From: Mustelus asterias
Lineage: Eukaryota
Reading direction: 5' to 3'
Assembly (NCBI RefSeq): GCF_964213995.1
Contig: NC_135826.1
Location: forward strand, 36,022,001 to 36,086,000
DNA length: 64,000 bases
Positions 23,988 through 37,022 of this stretch are shown here, in pieces. A program made the translations under genes and the position numbers. Each line of letters opens with the position of its first letter. The first letter of the stretch is position 1. The notes under the pieces were generated by a model. The model made no database searches and had not been told where the DNA came from. It was given only the letters and a program-made list of their open reading frames with translations.

Positions 23988-24514
23988 CTGAAAAAGGAAA
24001 ATGGAAAGTTAGTCAGGCAAAATGAGGAGAAATCAGGGAAGGAACAGATGAGAACATTGAGGAGATGATAGTCTATCAGTTGTAATACACATACCAGGGC
24101 CACCCAGTATCAGGACTATCACCAGTACCAGCTCCATTTTTCCATTCTAGCAAAGACTTCTCCCCAGAGCACAGCCAAAATTAATTTTTGCATTATTATC
24201 AATCCTTTCTCTTTACTTCTCTTACAATAATAGGGCTGCATTTTCCCACAGGGTTCAGGATCCCGATATTGGGATCAATAGAAGGACCCGGACCTGCACA
24301 CTTCCCAATAAGCAAGACTGGCTCAGCAATTCTCTGGGAGGCAGCCTACCAACTGGTTCTTTATGAGCTTCTTTATCTGAATAAGGTAGCGGTAACTCTT
24401 GTACACCTTCCTGAATACTAGAAACAAACAGATCTAACTCAACAGCACAATAGCAGTTCGGCCATCTTCGTTCCAATTTCTGTTACATCTACCCAGTCCT
24501 TTCTGTTGGACCTC

Positions 24515-24649
24515 CACTGTGGGTGCCCTTCCTGCACTGTGGGAGCCCTTTCTGCACTGTGGGTGCCCTTCCTGCACTGTGGGTGCCCTTCCTGCTCTGT
24601 GGGAGCCCTTCCTGCATTGTGGGTATCCTTCCTGCTCTGTGGGTGCCTT
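24515..24649. repeat. 20-bp tandem repeat, about 6.5 copies, in the last kinase intron
   Basis: Unit C(A/T)CTGTGGG(T/A)GCCCTTCCTG. Confidence 0.9.
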
Positions 24650-26544
24650 TAGCGCAGGACAGTTGTTCTCTATTAGGAAGCGAAAAGGATAAAAATCAAC
24701 AGAGAGACACTCATCCCAATCACGTTGATGGGATTGACCATTTTAAAGTATAGGATGGCTATGGTTTAAGGTGGGTATCCTGCTTCAACTTCCACAAAAG
24801 CTGCCTTCCTTGGTTGCTCTTTCTTCCTTTTTCTGGGTCAGTGCTGAGGTAGTCTGGGAAGGATCCACAGATGTTAAGTTCTGCTTCCAGAGGAGACATT
24901 TCCTATGAGGTTACTTGGGTCACTACAGACCTCTTTGGCCCTAGCCGTTGTTTTATCAGATAGTTAACATTCACTGAAAGATCACTTTTCCATTAAGAAT
25001 ACAAATAGCTACATCTTGGGCTGAAAGCTTGGATACAGAATGCTACAAATTGGGTTGCCCTGGTTTTTGGAGGTGAGGGAAGTGATGCCCATACAGTCAG
25101 TTTTTTTTTTGCCCATACAGTCAGTAACACACAATTGTCATGTACCCATTTCAGCTGTACGATTGTGGAACATTGGTTTGAGCAGTTCCAGTGATGTTTC
25201 TCTGTCCTCCAAGCTATCTGCAGCCTCTGCGCACAGTATCAGTTGCTGATCACGAGCTACCACTAGGCTTCCTATTAAAGAGAGGCTGCATTCCTGAGAC
25301 TATGGGTGGGATTTTATGGCCTCGCTCATCCTGAAACCGGAAAATCCCACCCGAGGTCAACGGACATTTCCATGGTCCGCCCCTTGCCCACTCCAATTCC
25401 CATGGCGGGCGGGGTGGTAAAGTTGCAACCTATGACTGAGGAAAAATCATTTCGAAAGATTGGGAGAATGTCGCAGCAGGCAAGGTTGAGGGCTTATTTC
25501 TTTATTGATGCTGCACTGGAGGCTCTGATCACTTGAGATGGACTCCTGGATGGAGTTTTCCCAAGTGGGAAAGAAATCCAGAAGGCACAGCCTGAAGAGA
25601 CAATGGGAACATTTGCCCTGAAGGTGAAGGCCTGGAACCCGGACAGGGGCAGACCTGCTTAGGGATGTCCTGTACAGCAATCTGCTGTCTTCCCCAGTGC
25701 AAGTCAGCAGCCTTCCATCAACCACACAGTAACCACAGGGGTAGCACTGTGTAGAGGCAAGAGCACTTATATGACAGACTCTACAGGATTGCGCAAGGGG
25801 GATTAGTTCATTGTTGTTTCTATAGTTGGACATGCTGTTGCATAAAGATGCTTTGTAAAGGTCTTTATTGGTGACCTTTATTGCTGGATGTTGGGCAAGG
25901 AGTCATTGTGATGGAGAGCGTGAAATGAATGTAGGGGTGGTGCTAGGTGGGCCCATGTTGAGACGGGAAAGTTGTTTGAAATGGAAATGTAGCTTCACAA
26001 TCCTCCGTCTGACATTCCATTTAGCTACGGGACGCAGGAAGCCAACAGGGATGGCAGCAAAGACATGTTTGATGGACATTCTGCATATTCTGCGAAAGGT
26101 TACAGCTAACCACTATGGATCAGGGCTGATCAATTAACAAGCTGATGTAGGGGCAACAATCTTTTATTTGCTCAGGCTAGAATAACAGAGGCCATGATTA
26201 TTCTACCTGGATCAGTTCAAACAGGGAGAGCTACTTGTAGGTTTATTCATGATCCACCCAACTCAGTTGTGACTCATCATTGATTGATTACTGGAGCTTT
26301 GCTACAGGATGTGAGCAGAGATTACCCTCTTTGTTAGAACATAGAATCTTTGAAAAGAAATGTTGGTGACCTTCGCCTAATATCTAAACTGGTGACAGGA
26401 TCAGGATGGTACTTTATTATCTGAGGGCACAAAGCAAGTTCCCTTAGCTCAGAGGAAAGCTTCAGTGCAGTAACCCTACCCTGATCCTTCAGGCCGTTTG
26501 CTAGGAAACTGGTGAAACCAACGCTTACATTCACATCACATAGT

Positions 26545-26835
26545 GGGGCATGGTGGCACAGTGGTTAGCACTGCTGCCTCACAGCGCCAGGGACCGGGGT
26601 TTGATTCCCAGCTTGGGTCACTGTCTGTGCAGAGTCTGCATGTTCTCCCCGTGTCTGTGTGGGTTTCCTCCGGGTGCTCCGGTTTCCTTCCACAGTGCGA
26701 AAGACGTAATGGTTGGATGCATTGCTAAATTCTCCCTCAGTGTATCCGAACAGGTGGAATGTGGTGGATCGGGGATTTTCACAGTAACTTCATTGCAGTG
26801 TTAATGTAAGCCTACTTGTGACTAATAAATAAATA
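26545..26835 (+). mobile_element. SINE type B
   Basis: Same motifs. Confidence 0.85.
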
Positions 26836-27928
26836 ATCCCACCTGGTTATTACAGATAACCACACATTCAATTTTTAGGATCACAGAACATGGGTCTATG
26901 CAACCAAACAGTTAGCTGGCTTATTCTTACTGCGTCATGAAAGATGCATCTATTGTTGTAGTTTAATTGTAGTCACAGCACCTACTTTTCACTTTCCGAG
27001 ATTAAATGTCTGGCTTTTTGAAGGTTGGTTTGTGATTAAGTATCTCAACCTACTCTGAAAGCTCAACTTTCTCATTTCTAGAAATCTCAGCTGTCACCGC
27101 GCCAGGAGATGATTTTTCAGACAACCCCTTCTTTGCAGGCTTCCAATGCGATAGGGACCGTCTTCATGCAGGGGGCAATACCATATGTGCTTGTATTCAG
27201 GCTGAGTGCAGCGCAGTCCTATGCATAACATGCGCAGGTGATCGCTGCATCGGAACGTGCTTTAACAGCATTCCCACAAGAAGTGCCCCTGTTGATAGAG
27301 GCAGATGAGGATGACGGTCTCAGGAGTTAATATTGCTCTTGGAATTTTGTAGCAAACATCATCTTGGATCACTGACCTTAGTCATAAATGCTTGCCTATT
27401 GAGTTGGGGAAATCAAGGTCAGGAGGGTGATCACATTGATTATGCAGTGTCTGTCTGCCTCATAAACAGCCGGATCACCACAGTTAACTCCAATTCACTT
27501 CAGTGAAGGATCAGTGCTTTAAGACGCAAGTGGTATATGGAAGAGTGCAGAAGAAGTAAAGAATGACCTACCTTGTAGGGTTTTCTTCATTCTCTGAATG
27601 CTGTGGCAATCTCTACACTATGCTGCTACCTTGTCATTCCATAAGGACTTTGAAGGATATAAAATTGACACTGTTTTCTTCCTCTCACAATGTTCTCTGG
27701 CAGTCTGAAAACTAAATGCAACCTTGTGGACACATCAGAATTCATTAATGATGCTGGAGTGGAAAGATCAGATAGACAATCTACTTTAAACCATCTGACC
27801 TTAAAATGAGATTGCCCATTAGGTGAATTTGTGCAATTCGGTGGTGTGTAAAGCAGGTGGCATCAATTCAAAGATGACAATACAAGACAGACTTTTATTT
27901 TTAAGCCAAGCTTAAATCACCCACTTAC

Positions 27929-28197
27929 CATGTGTTTGACAGCCGATATAATCTGAACAAATATAAATTTACACTCATATTCCAAAAGTCGCCCATGCAT
28001 GGAGACCTTGGTGAACAGATCCCCTCCATCCGCATACTCCAAGACCAGGTAGAGTCGAGACTGTGTCTCCAGCATCTCGTACAATCGGATGACGTTCGGG
28101 TGATTAAGTTGCTCCATACACTGGACTTCGCTCATGAATGGTTGATGTGACTTATGGCTCAGATGCTTTTTATCCATGATCTTGATCGCTACCTTCT
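27929..28197 (-). CDS. NIM1K: NIM1-like kinase, coding exon 2
   Basis: tttgtAG acceptor; EKVAIKIMDK...EVQCMEQLNHPNVIRLYE...IISAVKHM; GTAAG donor; 269 nt. Confidence 0.92.
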
Positions 28198-29021
28198 CTA
28201 CAAATTACAAAGAGAAAGACATTGGTTACTTTCTTGTATGAGTGACAATGTACTGAGTGTAGTCTCTACACTTCTATATTGCAGTCAATGGAAAGAGTAG
28301 ATAAGTTTGTGTCTGATTCCTCATTTAGGTGACTGGACGTGTAGCGTGTTCAGAGGATTGCATTACATACCAGGGTAGCATGTACTGGGATGCTTAATTT
28401 ACTGAGATACTGTGTGCTGACTGGTGCTGAAGTAATCCAAGTGGTTTATAGCCTCTGCATGTTTTTGAGCTGCTTTAATATGGTCCCTCCCAAGTTAATC
28501 ATGGTTTGTAATCTCCCTGAGGACAATCTAATGTGGTTTTGATGGATCTAATATAATCTTGGAGAGATGTGCATTGACAGATCAATATTTCTTTATGATG
28601 ATATGATTATGTTGTCATGGGTCCAAAAGGGCAATCCAGGGAGCAGGGTTAAGCATGCTTATTATCAATTTCAATGGCTACTCATGAATCTGATACTTTT
28701 CATGTTGGTATTACTCATTTGATCTTACTACCTCTTCTTATCACCCAGAAACAGGCTTGGTAATCTATCACTCGAGTGTCCCATCCAATGCTGACTGTAT
28801 CTGGTCTCGGCTGTTACATCCATTATGGATGAGAAAAAAATTAGATGAAAATCCAGGATTGTTGGAGGCAGCATTCTTTTTATAGTGCACCTCATGAGTA
28901 AAACTGGGAAAATGGGGAAGGGAAAAAACCATTTTGGAAGCTGTTCAACAGGTCAAGAGTGGCCCTTTTCCATATCTTTTATTCTTAATATGAGGGATCT
29001 TCCTTTACTGCGTCTTCTTCC

Positions 29022-29356
29022 TTAGAATCATAGAATTCCTACAGTGCAGAAGGAGGCCATATGGCCCATCAAGTATACACTGGATCTCCAACAGAGCATC
29101 TTACCCAGGCCCTATCCCCGTAACCCCATGTATTTACCCTGCTAATCCCCCTAATTTACACACATTAGAATACTAAGAGGCAATTTAACATAGCTAATCA
29201 AACTAACTGGCACATCTTTGGAGTGTAGGAGGAAACTGGAATACTCAGAGAAAGCCCATGCAGACACGGGGAGAACGTGCAAACTCCACACAGTCACCCA
29301 AAGCCAGATTGAACCCGGGTCCCTGGCGCTGTGGGATCCGCTAACCATTGTGCCGC
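29022..29356 (-). mobile_element. SINE type A
   Basis: Same consensus motifs on the reverse strand. Confidence 0.85.
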
Positions 29357-29429
29357 TCTTCATTCGTCTCTTTCACTTTCTCCAACTGAGCAAGTGACAG
29401 TGCAATATTTTATAATAACATTATAAATT

Positions 29430-29730
29430 TATAAAGTTTAATTACTCATGTCACAAGTAGGCTTACATTAACAATGCAATGAAGTTACTGTGAAAATCCC
29501 CTAGTCGATACACTCCGGCCCCTGTTCGGGTACCCTGAGGGAGAATTTAGCATGGCCAATGCACCTCAGCAGCACGTCTTTCAGACTGTGGGAGGAAACC
29601 AGAGCACCCGGAGGAAACCCACGCAGACAAGGGGAGAATGTGCACACTCCGCAGTGACCCAAACCGGGAATCGAATCCAGGTCCCTGGCGCTGTGAGGCA
29701 GCAGTACTAACCACTGTGCCACCATGCGGC
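29430..29730 (-). mobile_element. SINE type B
   Basis: Same motifs on the reverse strand. Confidence 0.85.
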
Positions 29731-30217
29731 ACTAAGACTCATCTAGTAAAGAAAGTGTTCATTCCCAGCCTTCAGTGTTCAAGATTACGAACATCCTTGA
29801 CAGCCTGAACCAATCATATCTGTGCTCTGGGATGGGATCAGTGAGATGGCGGGGTGGGAGGGTCAGGAGTGGTCCTGTGCCTTGCTGAATAAAACTCGGG
29901 AAGATTATTGTCCCAGTGTCCATGCATGTGATATATGACCATTACTAATTTCATCATCACTTAATTACTGGCCTGAATTATTAGATTTCTGTTTTAGTCC
30001 CAAGAACAGACAGCTAAATCTTTACCAACACAATGCGATTTAATATTCTTTCATTCACAATCTCTTGATGTGCTAGGATTTATGAATCTTGCCTTTTAGA
30101 ATAATTTTGTGTCTTATCAAATGCCAGATCTCATTGTAATGGGTATATTGTAATTGCCACTGTCACCAACTTTAAGGATTGCTAATGTACAATGCTGCTG
30201 GGCATTATGTACCTGGT

Positions 30218-30352
30218 TAAAAGCAAAATACTGTGGATGTTGGAATCTGAAACAAAAACAGAAAATGCTAGATGCAGGTCTGACAGCATCTGTGGAGAGA
30301 GAATAGAGCCAAAGTTTCGAGTCTGGATGGGTCAAAGGGCCAGCATTTTCTG
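30218..30352. mobile_element. Degenerate terminal fragment of a second PLE-like repeat family
   Basis: aaaagcaaaatactgtggatgttggaatctgaaacaaaaacagaaaatgct...gtttcgagtctggatg; related remnant in opposite orientation at 1466-1545. Confidence 0.4.
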
Positions 30353-30708
30353 ATTATGTACCAGGTCCGAGTTTGGCAAAATACTGAGACACAGATCACT
30401 TCACAACTCGGTTGTGCTTCAAATAATTGGAGCCTCCAGTGCAATTGAATATCAGATTAATTGATTGGTAAGGGTAGAAGAGGTGCACAAGAGGCCAGAG
30501 TCAGAGAAATTCAGAGTTTAGGTGGGGACTGAAGGTATGCAGGAGGGTACAGAAATAAGGAAGGGCAGAATGAGTATTTTAAATTTGAAACACTGTCAGG
30601 AGAAAGCCAATGTCAGTGATTGAGGGAAGGAAGAGAGAATAGGGTCCTGAGCTAGCAGACAGTGATTCACTCACAGAGTGTCATTCTCCTGTCTGGTCAA
30701 TCAATGAG

Positions 30709-31015
30709 AGTGGCACAGTGGTTAACACTGCTGCTGCACAGTGCCAGGGACCTGGGTTCAATTCCGGCCTCGGGTGACTGTCTGTGTGGAGTTTGCACGT
30801 TCTCCCCGTGTTTGTGCGGGTGCTCCAGTTTCTTCCCACAGTCCAAAGATGTGCAGGTTAGTTGATTGGCCATGCTAAATTGCCCCTTGGGGTCAGGAGG
30901 ATTACCTGGGTAAATACTTGGGGTTAAGGGATAGGGCCTGGGTGGAATTGTGGTTGGTGCAGGCTCGATGGGCCAAGTGGGCTCCTTCTGCGCTGTAGGG
31001 ATTCTATCTATGATT
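30709..31015 (+). mobile_element. SINE type A
   Basis: Same consensus motifs; sits within an inverted rearrangement. Confidence 0.85.
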
Positions 31016-33013
31016 CCCACAGACGGAGAGCGTGGGTTCAAGACCGCCCCTAATGGCTTTGGTCTTCAAACCCTCTGTTTAACTGAACCACTGTGCCACT
31101 CTCATTGATTGACCAGACAGGAGAATGACACTCTGTGAGTGAATCGCTGTTTGCTAGCTCAGGGCCCTATTCTCCCGAGTTGAACTTTTAAGTCCACATC
31201 TTCATTGTAACGGAGTTCATCCACTTCCACCTCCACAAAATGCCTCATCCTATTCTGCAGCTGAAATACTCATCCACGTCTTAATGCCTTTAGACTCAAT
31301 TACATCAATGCTGCAGGCTGGAATCCCATCGTTCCCCCTCTGATATCCTTTAAGGGACTTGATGGACCAAATGGTCTCCTTCTGTGACATTATGACTCAT
31401 CAAAACTCTGCTGTTTGTATCTTATCCCGCGTCAAGTCCCGCTGATCTTTCATCCTTCCCTCAATCACTGACAGCGATCTTAGTGAGAGTGCATTTTAGG
31501 TGAGAATGGAATCAGACGAGGAAAAATCCACTGTGCTGGACAATGGAAGGGAGATATTGGAGGATATTACAGTGGGAGACCACATCAAAGGCTGTGGAAA
31601 GATTGAGAAAGATAAGATAATTCCACCATGGCCACATTCAGATAGGATGTCAATAGTGATTTTGGTGAGGGACATTTCAGTGCTTTGCCTCAGGAGAAAC
31701 CTAATTGGAGATTCAACCGTAGAATTACATAAATCTGAACATAGATTTGGAAAGTAGAACCATATTTAATTAGGTTGGAAAGGAAAGAGAGATAGAACAT
31801 GAAGCAACGGTTTGCAACAACAGAGGTTGTGATTTTATTTTCAGGAGTACCCCAATATGGTGATTTTGAAAGGGAGAAGGGCAGTATCCTCGAGCCATTT
31901 ATAACGTCAAATGGCATGGGGGCCAGGAAAGGATCTGAGGTTCCATCGATGTGGAGTCAAGGGAGCAGAAACTGGGTTTCGTGAACAAGACAGGAGATAA
32001 GAGAGAAACTAGAAAAATATATGGGTTCAGGGCTAAGGCGGGAGAACTTGGTGGAGAGAGAGTTTGGCTTGGTAGCTAAAGGAAGCGATGCTGCAGCAGA
32101 AGTTATGGGGATTATCTCTGTAATAACTTTACCGAGACCAGTATCCCTTCACCAAAAGTTAGATTTATTTACAATAGCTAATAATACTCCGACAGGTATT
32201 TCTCAATACAGAGTGTACACTCTGAGTGTCAGTAACCCAGACACTCCACATTTTCCCATTGGACAGTGTTAACTGCCTAAATCAGGGAGCTCATATTCTA
32301 ACAGGTCCACGTCGTTGACCTCGATAAAGTCATTACAGTCTCAATCTTAGTAACATAGTCTATGAGCTCCTCAGACTTATTATTGGAGGTGGGCATGGAG
32401 GGGCACAGGGCAGGTGGACTGAAGGAGATGGTTGCTCTTGTGAAAAGGAAACCAGGATAGTTTTAAGCCTGCACCAAATTAAGGTAATTGTCATGAGGGG
32501 AGAGAGCAAAGATTTTGCTAGCACTTGGGACACCAGAGGTGGGGTCGGAGTGTGGTTGAACAAACTGAATGCTGCTTTAGTGATGAAGAAATGAAGGACT
32601 GTGATCTTATTGAATAAGAGACAGGCTCAAGGGAATGAACAGCCCACTCCTGCTCCTAAATTCAAAAGCTAGGCAAACTGCATGAGGACAGGATTGGAAC
32701 TATAAGAACATGTGTCCATGACATTCTGTGCTCTTCACCCCCAGTGCTGCTTCAGTCGTGCCTCCATTGGTCCGTGTTTTCAAATTGTCAGTTTAATAAT
32801 GTCAAAGATTATTGATAATTGCTACTCGTATTTTCCTCTACCAGTTTTAGCTAATCACTGAATGCATTATTTATAGATGGATTGCTTGAAGCACTAAACT
32901 CCATATTTGTTTTATAATGTTTAGTTTAGAACAATTTTAGCATTACATCATTTGATAACAGCAGAATGACAGCATGGCACCAACTTGGACATTATAATAA
33001 TTTGGATATTATA

Positions 33014-33352
33014 TGGTGGCACAGTGGTTAGCACTGCTGCCTTACAGCACCAGGGACCCGGGTTCGATTCCAGCCTTGGGTGTCTGTCTGGGTGGAGTTT
33101 GCATGTTCTCCCCGCATCTGTGTGGGTTTCTCCCGGGTGCTCCGGTTTCCTCCCACAATCCAAGTATATGTAGGTTAGGTGGATTGCCCACACTAAATTG
33201 CCCCTTAGTGTCCCAAGATACATAGGTTAGGGGGATTAGCAGGGTAAATAGGTGGGGTTTCAGAGTATGCCTGAGGTATGAGTCGGTGCAGACTCGATGG
33301 GCCGAATGGCCTCCTTCGGCACTGTAAGGATTCTGTGATTCTATTCTATGAT
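33014..33352 (+). mobile_element. SINE type A
   Basis: Same consensus motifs. Confidence 0.85.
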
Positions 33353-33548
33353 AAGGCAGACAGTGTTATTTCTAATCTTGATACCAGCGTGAGCTGTTCC
33401 TAAAGCTCTGTAGCTTTGTGTATATCCTCTTCCATTGCAAATGTAGACAGCCTGTTCAAATAATCTTTTAACAATATGTTTACCTTATCTCTTAATCAGC
33501 CAGAGTGCTCAATATACAGGGTTGATTGAGTAAAGTAAATTCATTTAC

Positions 33549-33828
33549 CTTTCGTCAAGCAGTGTATTCCAAGCTTCACCTTTGAGAAGTTCCCAATGCC
33601 AATTTCTCCACGGAGTTGGTAAAATCCAATCCTTTTTCCAAGTATCAGTTCATTTTTCACTATCTTGTTGTTCCGCATGTCATAAATAGCTTTCTCAAAG
33701 GGTGTGAGAAACACATTTTGCTGCTCTCCCTCCTCGTCATCCTCCGTCTTGCATTGTATCAGCCGCTTCACGTCTTGTGTCGGGCTGAGGTAATCTTCAG
33801 TGTGAACAGAAAGCTTTGCTACGGCCAT
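33549..33828 (-). CDS. NIM1K: NIM1-like serine/threonine kinase, coding exon 1
   Basis: MAVAK...LTPFEK...LGKRIGFYQLRGEIGIGNFSKVKLGIHCLTK; glycine-rich loop; donor GTAAAT; 280 nt; in-frame stop 9 nt upstream of the ATG; orthologue versus paralogue not resolved. Confidence 0.88.
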
Positions 33829-34250
33829 CGTGAGGGTTCACAGTTTGTATCTGAGAAACTGGAACTCCGTCACCATCCCTTTTAAAAAAAAATTCTGTCA
33901 AAGTCAACAAGGAAAATTTCCCCTCTCAAAGAATGGTGGAATAGCTGGTCTTTATGGAATCTCATCTCTATGGAATCTCTGTGCCTAATGATCTTCTTTC
34001 TCAGAAGAATCTTCCCAGACTTTGATACAAGTTATGCTTGTTAGTCTCTGCAGAGAGTCCAGATCTAAGTGATTTTGCCATAGAAGATGGTTGCTGCTTA
34101 TGGGTCTGGAATGTTGTTATTTGATCATCTTAATCAGTTGTAAGTTGAACGGCAACTACTTTATCTTCTACTCAATGACTGAATGGATTCTGAATGGCGA
34201 GAGTACCTTCTTCAACTTCTAGACACTGTCTAAGGTTCTCTGAGATGAAA
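33829..34250 (-). other. Probable 5'UTR part of the first coding exon of the kinase
   Basis: Strong acceptor ttatttttcctccAG ending at 34251; no better acceptor noticed between it and the ATG. Confidence 0.5.
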
Positions 34251-35459
34251 CTGGAGGAAAAATAAATTGAATTTCAGTAACGGGCATTAAGTAAAGCTGT
34301 GCAGAGAGCGTTCGTTTGGAGGAGTCACAAAAATCCACTTGACAGCTTGTAAATTAGGAGGAAATCAGCCCAGAGAAAACTGTTTTGAATTTTATGTCTT
34401 TCTGGCAAAGTGCAGTTGGAGGGTCTTTCAGCAGTTTACACAGTACTAAACCTCTCTTCACAGAGGAGAAAGCAAACACTGAGCAGTGACGGGGAAAGCA
34501 CGTTCACAGTCAAATGTAACACCCTATGTGATGGGCTCTACCCCTCCTTACCCTTCTTGAACCATCTGTGACCTTTGACGTGATTGACCACAACATCTTT
34601 TGCAACGACTCTCCGCCATTGACCAGCTGGATAGGATTGCCCTTGCGTGACGATACTTTGCCTTTGAGAAATGTATTTCAGTCATGTGCAGGATCTGTTT
34701 TAGTAGGCTTTTTTTATTATCAGTGCTGCTGGGTCTATAACCGGCATCTTCCATTGTTACTGCAGCAGTATAAATGCTCCTAATTGCTAGAATGTTTGTT
34801 TTAATTTGAACAATGTTGCTCTGCTGATTTTAGTGATTTTCCCTGGGGTTTTGTAGAGTAGGACATGATTGGGTTGATTGACAGTAATATCAGGTGACTG
34901 GGTGGAGCTAGGCTTACACAGAGAAATCAAGCTCAGATGCTGCTTAGAGTTGATAGAGAGCAGTACCCCTCTTTTCTCTCTGAAATCTGGAGACTGGGAT
35001 CTGCCAGAGACTAGGTTTATTTCTTTGAAGTTCTGCTGAGGATATAGCTTTCTCTGAGAGTCTGCTGTATGAGTTGGAAGACAGATGTCTGTTTGGATTT
35101 CTGTCCAGAGGTGGTGGCTGGAAATCTAGCATCCACGTAAGCATATCTGCTTTTGGTGCTAACTGGTTCTGAAGAAGAGATTTATATCTATGGGGATACT
35201 GCTAAATTGGAATAATAGAGATGGATAGTTGTCAAGAATTATAGTTTGTCATGTTTAAATATTTTAATTGGTAAAAGTTATGCTAATTCTTATTATATTT
35301 GAACTGTGTTCTTAAATAAAGTTTGTTCTGATAAAAGCTTCCAAATAGGTCAATTGAATCATACCTGGAGTGAAATCCGTTAATGCCAAAACCAAAAGGA
35401 AAAGTTAGAGTCTAGGCTAACTTCAAAATATACCTTTGAGTTTCTGATCTAGTCCCTAA

Positions 35460-36470
35460 CACTTGCCTGGGTCAAACATTAAATCATAACCAGAGAATCC
35501 CCGACAATGGCTTCTCTTCCCACTCCTGCACCATTCCCTCTGGAGGCTCCCAAGTACTTATCCTTGTCTCCTTCCTATTTCTCATTAATATGCTGCCCCT
35601 CACTGACATCATCCGAAAACAAGTGTGATTCCATATGTAAACTGATGAGACCCAGCTCCATCTTACCACCACCTCTCTTGACCCCCTTCTCATTGTCACG
35701 CTACTTGACCAGCATCCAGAATTGGGTCTGAAATATCCTCCAATTAAATATTAAAAACACAGAAGTCTTTTTCCTCAGCTCTCCCTACAAACGTCATTCC
35801 CTAGCCGCCAATTCTCTTCCCCTCCCTGGCCACTGTCTGAGACTGAACCAAACCATTTGCCTCCCCCGTATCCTCCCCAACACCAAATCAACTACCTCCA
35901 TAAAATCTCTCATCTATGTCCTTGCCTCAGCCCATCAGCTGCTCAAACCCTCACCCACACCATTTTTAACATTACACTTGACGACTGCAATACTTTCCTT
36001 GTCGACGCCCTCAGGAATTTCGAGTTTATCCAAAAGTCTGCTGTTTGCACCCTACTCACATCAGGTCCTATTCTCCCATCATCTGCCCCCTACATTTGAT
36101 TTAGCTCAGTTGGCTGGACAGCTGGTTAGTGATGCAGAACGACACCAACAGTGCGGGTTCAATTCGCGTACTGACTGAGGTTATTCATCAAGGTCCCGCC
36201 TTCTCAACCTTTCCCCTCGCCTGAGGCATGGTGATCCTCAGGTTAAATCACCACCAGTCAGCTCTCCTCCTCAAAGCTTATCATCTGGGACTACGGTGAC
36301 TTTACTTTTACACTGGTACCTGGTCCAGCAACGCCTGTATTAAATCACATGTTTTTGTGATCCAATCTTTCGAAAGTTTCACCCCTCCCTATCTCTGTAA
36401 CTTCATCTAGCCCAACAACCCTCCAAGAACTCTGCATTTCCTTCATCTCACCATTGATAACTCTGACTTC
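35460..36470 (+). mobile_element. Degenerate L2-like LINE fragment containing a tRNA-derived SINE (about 36098-36310)
   Basis: L2-like remnants (LSPSAAQTL.H, LDDCN..L, FIQKSA); insert with tRNA-like head tagctcagttgg...gggttcaattc and actttactttt tail. Confidence 0.55.
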
Positions 36471-36679
36471 CTTTGAGAATATAATTCCTGAGTGATCAGT
36501 ATGCGACTAGTTTTGGGAAAATGAGAGTTATGAGCAAATTAGTTGTTCACATAATGACATATGTAAATTAATTTCCAATGCTGATTTTGGAAGAACACTC
36601 TGTGCTTGCATAAAAGGCCCTCTGGGAAATCAGCCAATAGGTGTGCAGAATGCACGTCTGATGGCTGATCAGTGATTTA

Positions 36680-37022
36680 GGGCGGCACGGTAGCACAGTG
36701 GTTAGCACTGCTGCTTCACAGCTCCAGGGACCTGGGTTCGATTCCCGGCTTGGGTCACTGTCTGTGTGGAGTTTACACATTCTCCTCGTGTTTCCGTGGG
36801 TTTCCTCTGGGTGCTCCAGTTTCCTCCCACAGTCCAAAGATGAGAGTTAGGTTGATTGGCCATGCTAAAATTGCCCTTTAGTGTCCTGAGATGTGTAGCT
36901 TAGAGGGATTAGAGGATAAATGTGTAGGGTTATGGGGGTAGGGCCTGGGTGGGATTGTGGTCGGTGCAGACTCGATGGGCCAGATGGCCTCTTTCTGCAT
37001 TGTAGGGTTTCTATGATTCTAT
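36680..37022 (+). mobile_element. HE1/V-SINE-like tRNA-derived SINE with CR1-type tail (type A)
   Basis: A box ggtagcacagtggttagc, B box gggttcgattccc, central gggtttcctc..ggtgctcc.gtttcctcccaca, tail gactcgatgggcc...ttctatgattcta. Confidence 0.9.
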
